From Abditibacterium sp. (lineage in GTDB: Bacteria > Armatimonadota > Abditibacteriia > Abditibacteriales > Abditibacteriaceae), in assembly GCA_965246885.1 (NCBI GenBank), contig OZ251992.1, positions 928,001-992,000 on the forward strand: a stretch of 64,000 nucleotides of DNA, written 5' to 3'. The notes under the pieces were generated by a model that saw only the letters and a list, made by a program, of their open reading frames with translations, searched no databases and was not told the origin of the DNA. The translations under genes and the position numbers were made by a program. Positions within the stretch are counted from its first letter, which is position 1. Every line of letters starts with the position of its first letter. Shown here in pieces: positions 18,528 to 27,630 of this stretch.

Positions 18528-19763
18528 TTACTGGGCGGCGAGGTTGGAGGGGTCTGGTGCGAGTGCTTGGAGGAACCAGCGTTGTTGGTCGAGGGCGTAG
18601 TCGTTGTACAGGGTCAAGGGGGTGTTGTCGCCGCCGTTGTAGTCGCCCTTGGTGAGGATGCGCCCGGAGTATTTGTTGCGGATGCGATACGAGCCGTCGC
18701 TTTGGGCATCGAGATACCACCTTTGCCAGTCGAGGTCATAGTTGGTGAACAGGCTGGCGGCGGTGCCATCGGCTCCGGCGTTGTCGGCTTGGGTGAGCAC
18801 CTTGTTGCTGTAGGCGTTGCGCACGCGATACGAGCCGTCGCCCACCGCCTCGAAGCGCCAACTCTGCCACGCCACGCCGTAGTCGTTAAACACGTTCGCG
18901 GGCGTGTTGTCGCCGCCCGCGTTGTCCCCTTGCGTTAGAAAACGGGCGCCTCCACCATACTTCAACTGAACTTTATACGTCGCGCTCGTATCAACGCCGC
19001 CAGCGACGGGCGGCGGCGGGTTGGCGCGTAGCGCGGCGTCGCTCATGGTGGTGAAGTTGAACGAGCGCCAATCGGAAGTCACGTATTTCATACGCGCTTC
19101 GCCGCCGTCGGGATAGGCCGCGTAGGTTTCGGTCACGTAGTCGAAACCAGCGTTGGCGAGATATTTTCCGTTCGGGTCGTTGATTAAGCGCGCTTGGATA
19201 GTCGAGTAGACGCCGACGATGGGGCGGTTTTGCAAGTTGTAACGCGCGTCCGTAAAACCGTGAAAGTTGTAACCCGTCCCCGTATTGGCCTGACTACCCG
19301 CTTTAACTGCATTGCCCACGCGGTCGCCGGGAAGGGTGCTTCGGACGTTGAGATTAAAATCTTCGGGGTAGGCCGCGCCGCCAAATTCGTTTTGGTCAAC
19401 TAACTTTTGCCATACGCCATCGCCGTAGACAACCCACAACTGAAATCCTCCCAATTCGACGCGGGCCGAGGCAGATGGATTGCCGCTCGCCGGTTCGTAG
19501 ACCTGAAAGTAAGGTCGAATGTAAGCTGAGCCTTTGGGGTCGGTGTTGCCGCGCCCGGTTGCGTGGTTGTACCACGCGTAGAAATCGGGGACTCCGTGCG
19601 GAATGTCCTCGGAGTTCAGATTCATATCGTCCAAGATTTCTTGGACGCTGTTGGCATGGACGGGCGCCCAAGACGCCAAAAGCACTAACGCAGCGATGAA
19701 AATCGCCGCACACGCGCGCCGGAGCGCCGCTGTATTGAAGCGGTTGGTGTGGATGTGGGTCAT
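18528..19763 (-). CDS. Secreted protein: unknown N-terminal domain, ricin-B (QxW) lectin trefoil and DPSNLAAQ tail
   Basis: GGAGG 2 nt before ATG 19763; signal ...WAPVHA; three repeats WQSWRF / WQRWYL / QQRWFL. Confidence 0.82.
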   Translation of the reverse strand: MTHIHTNRFNTAALRRACAAIFIAALVLLASWAPVHANSVQEILDDMNLNSEDIPHGVPDFYAWYNHATGRGNTDPKGSAYIRPYFQVYEPASGNPSASARVELGGFQLWVVYGDGVWQKLVDQNEFGGAAYPEDFNLNVRSTLPGDRVGNAVKAGSQANTGTGYNFHGFTDARYNLQNRPIVGVYSTIQARLINDPNGKYLANAGFDYVTETYAAYPDGGEARMKYVTSDWRSFNFTTMSDAALRANPPPPVAGGVDTSATYKVQLKYGGGARFLTQGDNAGGDNTPANVFNDYGVAWQSWRFEAVGDGSYRVRNAYSNKVLTQADNAGADGTAASLFTNYDLDWQRWYLDAQSDGSYRIRNKYSGRILTKGDYNGGDNTPLTLYNDYALDQQRWFLQALAPDPSNLAAQ

Positions 19764-19951
19764 AACCTCCGTGAGAAACACGAGCTTTAGGCGTCAGTAA
19801 GAAAAGCGCCCCAAGCGGGGGGGAGGCGACTGGGTGAAGTGACAGACACAGGTCGCCCAACCCGTTGCCTGCCAAGGAGCGGGAACGGGGTGGGCAACGG
19901 ATGTTGGATCAGTGGGGGGGCGGATGCAGTCGCCGTCAGCCCCCAAACATC

Positions 19952-20698
19952 TTAGATGCGCGCGATGATTTCACCGTCTTGCAAGAACGGTTCGGCGAGG
20001 TGGAACGGGGTGCCGTTGGATTTGAGAACCGGTGCTGGCGCGTATTGCGGCAAATAAACGCGGCGCGGCGTGGCCGTTGTGTTGGGGCCGGAGCGGTGGA
20101 ACACGTCGGACATAAACACGGCGATGCTTCCTGCCGGACAAATCACCGGGTCGCCCGGATCGTCGCCGCGATAGCCGACCAAATCCCAGTCGCCCTCGTC
20201 ACGCGAATGGTGCACAATGTCGCGCCCGCCCGCGCGGTCGTAGGGCAACATGTAAACGGTGCCGTTCTCAACCGTGATGTCGTCTAAGGCGCACCAGCAG
20301 GTCAGATAAAGCGGGTTGTCGGGCGCCGCATCGTTTTGGACGTAGCCGGAATCTTGGTGCCACGCGAACTTGCCGCCCTTCTCGGCGGCCTTGATGACGT
20401 ATTGCTCGAACACGAAAAACACCGTATCGCCGAGCAACGCGCGCGTGACTTCGGCCATCGTGGGCGAAAAGACGAACTGCGCCAGTTCGGGGTATTTCTC
20501 GAACGCCGAGATGAAGTACTTGGTCGTGCGGGCGCGGCCCTGCGCGTCCGCTTCGGCGTCCACGTCGGCAACAGCGCGGTCAGCGACATCGCGCAAAAGG
20601 TGCAAGAGGTCGTCGGGGATGACGCGCTCCAACACGGTGAAACCTTGCGTTTGGAAATCGCGCAAGTGGGAATCAGAAACAACGGAAGTGATGGTCAT
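19952..20698 (-). CDS. PhyH family dioxygenase
   Basis: QGFTVLERVI, WHQDSGY, WCALDD..VENG, GSIAVF..DVFHRSGPN. Confidence 0.9.
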   Translation of the reverse strand: MTITSVVSDSHLRDFQTQGFTVLERVIPDDLLHLLRDVADRAVADVDAEADAQGRARTTKYFISAFEKYPELAQFVFSPTMAEVTRALLGDTVFFVFEQYVIKAAEKGGKFAWHQDSGYVQNDAAPDNPLYLTCWCALDDITVENGTVYMLPYDRAGGRDIVHHSRDEGDWDLVGYRGDDPGDPVICPAGSIAVFMSDVFHRSGPNTTATPRRVYLPQYAPAPVLKSNGTPFHLAEPFLQDGEIIARI

Positions 20699-20759
20699 AG
20701 TGAACCTGTGGAGTGGGTGGTCTGGGCAACGCAGAAGGTGCGGCCACGCTCAGAACGGG

Positions 20760-20908
20760 CTATCCGGACGGTTCACCCGACTATCCGAGTCGTCCGCTCG
20801 ACCGGGTGAACCGTCCGCCCTGCCGGGAGAGTCGTCCACCCGGCTATCCGAACCATCCGCCCGACTGAGAGAATCGTCCGGACGGCTATCCGAATCATCC
20901 GGACGGGC
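20760..20908. repeat. Degenerate 21-bp-period tandem array (about 7 units)
   Basis: Units such as ATCCGAGTCGTCCGCTCGACC, ATCCGAACCATCCGCCCGACT and GAGAGAATCGTCCGGACGGCT. Confidence 0.8.
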
Positions 20909-21006
20909 CATTCGTTTGGAGGCCAAGGCGAGACAATCGCCCACCCCGCCGACTGACTCGGCGGAGTGGGCGAAGCGTTCAATGGCCGCGTGCCTTCTCG
21001 TCTCCA

Positions 21007-21045
21007 CTGCTTCTAATATACCCTAAATCAAACACAGCCAAACAG
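21007..21045 (-). promoter_or_regulatory. Conserved 39-bp promoter/operator, copy 2 (upstream of the PhyH-to-GH29 operon)
   Basis: Minus strand CTGTTTG-gctg-TGTTTGA-ttta-GGGTATATTAGAAGCAG, matching 24462-24500. Confidence 0.75.
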
Positions 21046-21088
21046 AGGCGCAGGAGGCACGTTTTTTCCCCGCTTGGATGTAGCGTGG

Positions 21089-21125
21089 AACAATCCTCCT
21101 CCCCAAGGTGGGGAGGAGGATTGTT
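21089..21125. terminator. Perfect 17-bp hairpin after the DUF1559/lipoprotein unit
   Basis: AACAATCCTCCTCCCCA-agg-TGGGGAGGAGGATTGTT. Confidence 0.7.
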
Positions 21126-21149
21126 GGTTGGAAGCGTGAAGCGAACCGT

Positions 21150-21383
21150 TCACTCAGGGCGCGGCAAATGAACGCGCGGGGCGCTGGGGTCTGGAGCGAC
21201 GTTTTGCTTGGCAAACGCCGCCGCCGCTTGCTGGCGGTAAGATTCCTTTTGCTTTGCAACCGCCTGCTTCGCCGACGCACTGACTGTCGTGACGGGTGTC
21301 ACGGTCGGTGCGGAGGAACACCCCGCACCGACCATCAACAAGCTAAGAGCAAGGGGCAATTGCCACAGAAGAGAGAGTTTCAT
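21150..21383 (-). CDS. Small lipoprotein
   Basis: Lipobox-like LLMVGAG-C; directly downstream of a DUF1559 gene. Confidence 0.7.
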   Translation of the reverse strand: MKLSLLWQLPLALSLLMVGAGCSSAPTVTPVTTVSASAKQAVAKQKESYRQQAAAAFAKQNVAPDPSAPRVHLPRPE

Positions 21384-21412
21384 AAAGCTACCGCAAGGAA
21401 CTATCGCTGAAT

Positions 21413-22372
21413 TTAGTTCCAGCCTTCTTTTTCGAGTTTGGCCAAGCCATCCACTACACCTTGGACGGGAGTGTTGCAGTTGACGGCATCTGTGCCACGG
21501 TTATCAAAATTGAAAGTCGATGAGTGGCAAGCAGCCTCATCGTCGGGACCGTTGTAAACCGGACCATTTGGGTCGAAGGCGCCCCACATATTGAAAGGCG
21601 TCATCGTTTGCAATGGGCGCATAGCCTTCACATGCCCATCGGCAAACAAGAAGTTGCCCGTTTGCATATGCCCTTTGAAAGCGCCGTTGCTCGACAGGCC
21701 AGCGAACTTTTTGGGGTCTTGGCTCCAATCCATCCAACCTGCGGCGCCACCATAAGCGAAGGGGCCATCATTGGGATCTTCGCCACCACCCTGTTCGCAA
21801 AGCATGATTTTCTGCGCAGGCGACCTAATGCCGGACAACTTTTGTCCGCGCTTCGTATAACCATTGGGCGTATACGTTTGTGGAAGCATCAACACGCGGA
21901 AGTTGGCCGCATAAGAACTGGGAAGGTTGGTAGGTGAGCCGATGCTCGCAGCATCCGCCTGATCCGCGCCATTGATTTGGCCCAACGCCAGAGTGTTGTT
22001 GGGATTGGACGGACAAGCGAAAATTTGCGCGCTCTTCACATAGGGATAAATGCGATTCGCCCATGTGACATTGTGAGTCGGCCCGCCACCTGATGGCTGG
22101 TTCGCCCACTCATATTGCGGCGGACCGTAGGGATACTTCTCGTCGTAGTCCTGCGCGTATTGCAGGATACCCAAGCCGAGTTGCTTGAGGTTGGACTGGC
22201 ACGAGGCGCGGCGCGCGTTTTCCCGGGCACGCGCGAAAGCCGGGAACAAGATGGCCGCGAGAATGGCGATGATGGCGATAACAACGAGCAACTCTATGAG
22301 TGTGAAAGCTTTGTTGACCTCTTCCGATTTGGAGGCGCCGATGCGCGTGTTGCGCTGAGTATAAATGTTCAT
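21413..22372 (-). CDS. DUF1559 prepilin-type N-terminal cleavage/methylation protein with H-X9-DG motif
   Basis: [56 protein letters not shown]. Confidence 0.95.
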   Translation of the reverse strand: MNIYTQRNTRIGASKSEEVNKAFTLIELLVVIAIIAILAAILFPAFARARENARRASCQSNLKQLGLGILQYAQDYDEKYPYGPPQYEWANQPSGGGPTHNVTWANRIYPYVKSAQIFACPSNPNNTLALGQINGADQADAASIGSPTNLPSSYAANFRVLMLPQTYTPNGYTKRGQKLSGIRSPAQKIMLCEQGGGEDPNDGPFAYGGAAGWMDWSQDPKKFAGLSSNGAFKGHMQTGNFLFADGHVKAMRPLQTMTPFNMWGAFDPNGPVYNGPDDEAACHSSTFNFDNRGTDAVNCNTPVQGVVDGLAKLEKEGWN

Positions 22373-22458
22373 GGTTTGTAGGTGTGCGGCAGGGCCGCGA
22401 AGGTTTGGGGATAGGAGAACAGCCGCCCCGTCGAGCGGGGACGGGGCAGGACGGGAAT

Positions 22459-23232
22459 TTAGCTACCGTCCGCTTTTGTCTGCCAAGCGCCGAGACGATC
22501 TATTAAATCGGTCGGCGCGGTAACGTTATCCTCGATCGTCCACATATTGACGGGCGTTCCCGTCGCAATGGGCTTGAGCGACTTGACGTGGCCATCGGCA
22601 AACAGGAAGTTCGAGTTACCCAAGTGGCCTTGGAAGGCCTCCGCCGCAAATTTGCTTGCGGGCGTAAAGCCCAAAGGCATATCCGCATAGTTGCCGGAAT
22701 ACTCCGCGACGAGGATGGTGCGAGTCGTATTGGGCAATTCGGACAAGGCGCGCCCAAGCGACTTATAGGTCGGCGGTGTTGTGGTCTCATCAAGGGGGAA
22801 GGGTGAACGTCCGCCAGTGATGGGGTCGACAGGGTCGCCAGCGAACACGTCTTGTCCGTTGCAGCCGTAAGAAACGTTTGTGCCGTCCGCCGCGCCGCCG
22901 CCGCCGTCCGGGTTGGACGGGCACGAGAAGAGCTGCGTGCTCTTGAGGTAGGGCTGTAACAGTACGCGCCATGTGTGATCAGTGACCCCGACGTCGTAGC
23001 CCACATAGCGGCCCGGATAACGCTCGTCGTAGTCTTGGGTATACTGGGCAAAGCCCAAGCCGATTTGCTTGAGATTGGACTGGCAGGAGGCTTTGCGCGC
23101 GTTTTCGCGGGCGCGGGCGAAAGCCGGGAACAAGATGGCCGCAAGAATGGCGATGATAGCGATAACTACGAGGAGTTCTATAAGGGTGAAAGCGGCCCGC
23201 TTGGAGCCTTGGGCGTGAATTAGCGTTCTCAT
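22459..23232 (-). CDS. DUF1559 prepilin-type protein with H-X9-DG motif
   Basis: [14 protein letters not shown]...; [15 protein letters not shown]. Confidence 0.95.
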   Translation of the reverse strand: MRTLIHAQGSKRAAFTLIELLVVIAIIAILAAILFPAFARARENARKASCQSNLKQIGLGFAQYTQDYDERYPGRYVGYDVGVTDHTWRVLLQPYLKSTQLFSCPSNPDGGGGAADGTNVSYGCNGQDVFAGDPVDPITGGRSPFPLDETTTPPTYKSLGRALSELPNTTRTILVAEYSGNYADMPLGFTPASKFAAEAFQGHLGNSNFLFADGHVKSLKPIATGTPVNMWTIEDNVTAPTDLIDRLGAWQTKADGS

Positions 23233-23307
23233 GGGTGTGGTGGCAGTTTTTGTGCTAAGTAATGGGATGGTTTTCCCTGTGGCGTCCGTTTGAGGGGCGC
23301 CAAAGCG

Positions 23308-24456
23308 TTAACCGGAAATAAGGATGCCCGGAGCGAGCATCGCGGGTTGGCTGACGTGGCCCGAAGAGGCCCAATCAGTGCGGCAGGTCAGGCGTGGGAT
23401 GAGCTTCATCGCCACGCACCGGTGGGTGGCACCGGAGGTCAAGTTGTGATGGCGCTGCCAGAGCATTTCGGCGGCGGCCCGTCCGATTTCCTCCCAAGGC
23501 AAGCGCGCGCTGGTCAGTAGCAGGTCGCTACGCGAGTCGTCATCGAACCCCGCGAGGGCGGGCCACTTGTCACGTGGCACCCCGGCGCGGCGCAACTCCT
23601 TCAACAGTTCGAGAGCGATGGGGTCGTTGGCGACGACCACCGCTGACACCGATTCGTAGCCTCCCTCCTCGACAAAGATGCGCGCTACTTCGCGGGCGGC
23701 GATGGCGTGCTCTTCGGCGTCGAACTCCGAAACCGTGCTACCCGGATGAAACGAGAGCGGCTCCAAACCGCGTTCGCACAGCAACGCTCGCCAGCCTTCC
23801 TCGCGCGCTTGCGACCAATGCAGGTTCTGGTTGCTCGCCGTGTGCAAGGCCACAAAAGCGATGTCGCGGTGCCCCTCTTCGAGCAGATGCTGCGTGACTT
23901 GGCGCCCTCCAGCGTGGTCATCGAAAGAGATGCTGTCGCGTCCGAACGGGTCGTGCGCACCAGCACCATCTCCAAACCATACGCGGGCCGTGCCAAATAA
24001 CTCGCAGTCCAGCCACGCTCCCCACTCGAACACTCCGGCAACGGCGGGCACCCCATCCTGCTGGAATTGCCACGCTTGTTCGGCTGACCATGTGAGTGCC
24101 GCGCCACCCGCAAGCGCAACGGCGTCTTCAAAACCTCTCCTCACGTGGCGATCCCGATCCGAAGGGCTACCGGTGGGATAAATAAACACATACTCTTCGC
24201 GGGGCTGCCCGTTCGAGCGCAACACCGACGACTCACCAGCAAACATTCCCACTTTGGGCACCGCGCGAAACAAGCCTTCGTCGGCCAACGTTCGCAACGC
24301 TTGGTGCGCTATGTGGTTCGTGACCCCATGCGTTTGCGCGATTTCTCGCACGGACGGCATCACGACCCCCGGCGTCGCACGGGCATCACGAAGCAAGGAG
24401 CGCAGTGCTTCTTCCACTACGCGCCGTTGCTTCTGAGTTTCCTTGCGGGTTGCCAT
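23308..24456 (-). CDS. GntR-HTH / LacI-type sugar-binding transcriptional regulator
   Basis: MPSVREIA...AHQALRTLADEG..GMF wHTH; HLLEEGHRDIAF, ANDPIA, GFDD, LTS periplasmic-binding-like domain. Confidence 0.88.
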   Translation of the reverse strand: MATRKETQKQRRVVEEALRSLLRDARATPGVVMPSVREIAQTHGVTNHIAHQALRTLADEGLFRAVPKVGMFAGESSVLRSNGQPREEYVFIYPTGSPSDRDRHVRRGFEDAVALAGGAALTWSAEQAWQFQQDGVPAVAGVFEWGAWLDCELFGTARVWFGDGAGAHDPFGRDSISFDDHAGGRQVTQHLLEEGHRDIAFVALHTASNQNLHWSQAREEGWRALLCERGLEPLSFHPGSTVSEFDAEEHAIAAREVARIFVEEGGYESVSAVVVANDPIALELLKELRRAGVPRDKWPALAGFDDDSRSDLLLTSARLPWEEIGRAAAEMLWQRHHNLTSGATHRCVAMKLIPRLTCRTDWASSGHVSQPAMLAPGILISG

Positions 24457-24461
24457 GATTG

Positions 24462-24500
24462 CTGCTTCTAATATACCCAGATTCAGACAGCTTCAAACAG
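24462..24500 (-). promoter_or_regulatory. Conserved 39-bp promoter/operator, copy 1 (upstream of the regulator)
   Basis: Minus strand CTGTTTG-aagc-TGTCTGA-atct-GGGTATATTAGAAGCAG; -10-like TATATT 13 nt before the ATG. Confidence 0.75.
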
Positions 24501-24639
24501 GAAAACGCCTTTTTTTGAAAATTTTTTTTTCGCGCCCGAATTTCTCCTGAAAACTTCACCCGACAGCGCGGATTTTAAAGGCCCCCACGCGCTTTTGACA
24601 ACGCCCCCGGCGAACGCCCCACACTAAGCACCTCTCTAC

Positions 24640-25620
24640 ATGGGCGATTATTTTCTCGGCATAGATGGCGGCGGGTCGAAGACGCGCGCGGTGGTAGTGG
24701 GCGCGCGCTACGAAGTCGTCGGGCGCGGCGAAGCGGGCGCCTCCAATCATTTCGCGGTCGGTGTACCGACGGCGGCGCGCAACTGCGCACTTGCGGCGCA
24801 AAACGCGCTGACCAATGCGCTCAGTCTCGATGCTGCCTTCGATGAGAGCACGGTGCGGTCGTGGGGCATCGGGTTGGCGGGCGTGCGGCGCGAAGTGGAC
24901 GCGGCGCGCATGCGCGATGCCCTCGGCGTGGTGTGCACCCTGCCGTTCGCTTTGGAAACCGATGTGGTCGCGGCGCACGCCGGGGCGTTCGCGGGCGCGA
25001 CGGGCATTGTGGTATCGGCGGGCACGGGAGCCATTACCTTTGGCGCCGATGAGTTCGGCGCGCGCGTTTATGCCGACGGTTGGGGGCCGATATTGGGCGA
25101 CGAGGGCGGCGGCTACTGGATTGGCGTCGAGGCGCTCCGCGCGACGTGCCGCTCTTTGGATGGCCGCGCGCACCCGACACCCCTTGCGCCCGCCGTGATG
25201 GAGTGGCTCGACGTGGCGGACGGTGACGAACTGGTGCACTTCATTCACTCGTCCGACATCACCCGTGACCGCATCGCGTCCCTCGCGCGCGTGGTTTCCA
25301 AGTGCGCCGACGACGGCATCGCCGAAGCCATCGAAATCCGCGCGCGTGCGGCGGCGGCGCTGTCGCGCGGCGTCAAGTGCGTGGGCAAGTCGCTCCTGCA
25401 AAGCCGCCAAGACCATAACGCCGCGCCGGTCGAGATGCTCATTTCCCTGCGCGGCGGCCTGTTCGACGACGACTTCCTGCGCGCCACCGTCGGCTTCAAC
25501 GCGACCGAAGCAATGGTCGAACTCAAGCGCGACTTCCTGCCCATTTCCGGCTGGCGCGTCGTCAAACCCCAATTCGACGCTGCCATCGGCGCCGCCATCT
25601 TGGGGCAACTGAGCCTTTAA
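24640..25620 (+). CDS. BadF/BadG/BcrA/BcrD family sugar kinase (GlcNAc/MurNAc kinase-like)
   Basis: LGIDGGGSKT, IGLAG, SAGTGA, GWGPILGDEGGG. Confidence 0.88.
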   Translation: MGDYFLGIDGGGSKTRAVVVGARYEVVGRGEAGASNHFAVGVPTAARNCALAAQNALTNALSLDAAFDESTVRSWGIGLAGVRREVDAARMRDALGVVCTLPFALETDVVAAHAGAFAGATGIVVSAGTGAITFGADEFGARVYADGWGPILGDEGGGYWIGVEALRATCRSLDGRAHPTPLAPAVMEWLDVADGDELVHFIHSSDITRDRIASLARVVSKCADDGIAEAIEIRARAAAALSRGVKCVGKSLLQSRQDHNAAPVEMLISLRGGLFDDDFLRATVGFNATEAMVELKRDFLPISGWRVVKPQFDAAIGAAILGQLSL

Positions 25621-25630
25621 CCCGGCCCGG

Positions 25631-27451
25631 CTACGGTTGCGGAAGAGAATCCCACTTCCCCGGCGCCGTATTGGGGTGGAACTGGTCTTCGGTCGGTAGC
25701 GGCACGGCCTCCAACACGCGCGCCACCTGCGCGGGCGAGTAATCCGGGCGCTTGTGGAACAGCAAGACGCGCGGGTGTTCATAAACGCTCAGCGCTTCTT
25801 CCAGCCCACCGTCGGGGAAGCGGAGCGGCCCGAAGCCGGGATAGTCCGTGAATTCCTGCTCCTTCCCAAAGCCCAACTCGCCCGCGAACAGCGCGCGGTA
25901 GAATGCGCTCATCATCGGCCACTTTTGCGGCCAGCGCGGGATGTTCTGCCAACTGCGGCCCGACGAGATAAAAATCCAATCGCTCGCGTTCAGCGTCTCT
26001 TCAATGTGCGCGCGCTTCTTGGGTGTGTCGAGGTCGTACGACTCCAACTGCACCGCTTGCATCGCCTTCGATGGGTCGTCTCCCGGCGGCACCCACGAAA
26101 TCGGTAGCCCCTCGTCCCAACTCGTCTCCGTTGCGACGCGCGTTCCCGGCGCGACGTGCGCGACGATCCAGCGCGAGGCTTCCATACGCGGATGGGGGCG
26201 CCCATAGATGGCCGTCACCGCCGTGCCCCACACGAACGAGTAGAGGAGCGCCGCTCCCGCGAGCGGACGTAGCTTCGGGCGGCGCGCGAGCAGTTCGCGC
26301 CAAAAGTGGGCCGCCAGCAGCGCGAACATCGGCGTGAGTGGCAGGAAGTAGCGCGTGAACTTTGAGAACTGTGCTCCCTGCACGCCCAACGACACGAGCG
26401 CAAATAGCGCGGCGACGAGTAGAACCGGCGCGCTCTTCGGGCGACGACGCACCGACAAAGCGCCGCCCGCAATGCCAGCCAGCAAAAGCGGCCAGCCAAA
26501 GCCCCACCAGCCCAAATTGGAAAGCGCGAACAACCAACGCGCGCGGCCTATCCACTGCACGTCGAAGGGCACGTCCGCCTCGCCGCTCGTGATGGCCAAC
26601 TGTTGCCCGAAATCGCCCACCCACTTTGCGTACCTCACGCGCTCCCACCAGTTGCCATCCGCCACGTTTTGCAAAAAGCGCGGGTCGAGCCGTACATCGA
26701 GCGGCCCACTCGCGCCCATGAATACCATTGGGTCGAGAACGCGGAACGTCCATAGCGCGACCAAAAAACTGCCGAGGGCAAGCGGCAAGGCGTGTCTCCC
26801 TCCATGTCGCCGCCACGCCAGCACCACAAACCCAAGCCACGCGACGGCGAAAAACAGCCCCGATAGCTTGCACGCGAGCGAGCACCCGAACCACAGCCCC
26901 AAGCCAAGGGCGTCCCACCATCGGCGCGTGTCCAACCAACGCGCGCCGTTCCAAAACGCGAGCGTGAGAAACGTTGCCGCGAACGTGTCGGTCGTGAAGA
27001 AATGGCTTTGCTGGATGTTCAGTGCCGCGAGCGAGAGCAGCGCCCCCGCGACCAAGCCGCCCATCGCACCTCCCAAGACGCGCCGCCCAATCAACACCGT
27101 AAACAGCACCGCGAGGCAATCAAACAGCCCCGACAAGGCGCGCAAAAGGGGCAGCAGGTCGCGGATGTCGGTCTTCGTGCCCGCCGCCCACTTGCCCAGA
27201 AAAAGCGGCAACTGCCCATACACGTAGTGCTGGTCTTTGATGTTGTCGGGGTTCATCGGGCTGTGCGCCGAATCGAACCACTCCCCAACCGACGAAGGCC
27301 ACGACAGTTGCGGCACCAAGCCGGAGCAAAAGCGCTCATCCGGGTGTAATGCCGCGCCCTCGTCCCAGTTCAAGCCATAAAAGCGGCACGCGAAACCGAA
27401 CAGGAGCAGGAGCAAAAGCCAAACGTGGGGTGAGCGCAAGCGCGAGGGCAT
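25631..27451 (-). CDS. GT-C (GT39/ArnT-like) membrane glycosyltransferase
   Basis: LHPDE, YVYGQLP, QQSHFFTTD, K.SG, KFTRYFLP; many TM helices. Confidence 0.8.
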   Translation of the reverse strand: MPSRLRSPHVWLLLLLLFGFACRFYGLNWDEGAALHPDERFCSGLVPQLSWPSSVGEWFDSAHSPMNPDNIKDQHYVYGQLPLFLGKWAAGTKTDIRDLLPLLRALSGLFDCLAVLFTVLIGRRVLGGAMGGLVAGALLSLAALNIQQSHFFTTDTFAATFLTLAFWNGARWLDTRRWWDALGLGLWFGCSLACKLSGLFFAVAWLGFVVLAWRRHGGRHALPLALGSFLVALWTFRVLDPMVFMGASGPLDVRLDPRFLQNVADGNWWERVRYAKWVGDFGQQLAITSGEADVPFDVQWIGRARWLFALSNLGWWGFGWPLLLAGIAGGALSVRRRPKSAPVLLVAALFALVSLGVQGAQFSKFTRYFLPLTPMFALLAAHFWRELLARRPKLRPLAGAALLYSFVWGTAVTAIYGRPHPRMEASRWIVAHVAPGTRVATETSWDEGLPISWVPPGDDPSKAMQAVQLESYDLDTPKKRAHIEETLNASDWIFISSGRSWQNIPRWPQKWPMMSAFYRALFAGELGFGKEQEFTDYPGFGPLRFPDGGLEEALSVYEHPRVLLFHKRPDYSPAQVARVLEAVPLPTEDQFHPNTAPGKWDSLPQP

Positions 27452-27494
27452 GAAGTCGAAAAGTTTGACAGGGAGCGGGAAGCAGTCCCCGCTT

Positions 27495-27630
27495 CCCCTG
27501 AATAAATTCAGGGGCAACGCTGCGCGTTGCGCCGACTGTTCGCGGGTGCGAACAACACGGACTACCTTCTTGTTCACGAAGGTGAACAGTTCCGCCAAAA
27601 GCGGGCGTAGCCCCTCATTTCAATGAGGGG
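27495..27630. repeat. Pair of oppositely oriented REP-like palindromes
   Basis: CCCCTGAATAAATTCAGGGG-CAAC (27495-27518; GTTG-led on minus) and GTAG-CCCCTCATTTCAATGAGGGG (27607-27630). Confidence 0.65.

Noticed and set aside
18469..18720. Translational fusion or frameshift joining the ricin gene and the SGNH gene
   Set aside because: The ricin gene ends with its own tag and stop, and the SGNH protein has its own signal-like segment, so the overlap is just an open upstream frame.
20760..20908. 21-bp arrays (here and at 31044, 40495, 61978) as CRISPR arrays
   Set aside because: Units are contiguous and degenerate with no repeat-spacer alternation, and no cas genes are present.
21413..23232. 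Similar 5' ends of the two DUF1559 genes as a shufflon or DGR template/variable pair
   Set aside because: The similarity is confined to the conserved prepilin region with mostly synonymous differences; no recombinase or reverse transcriptase is present.
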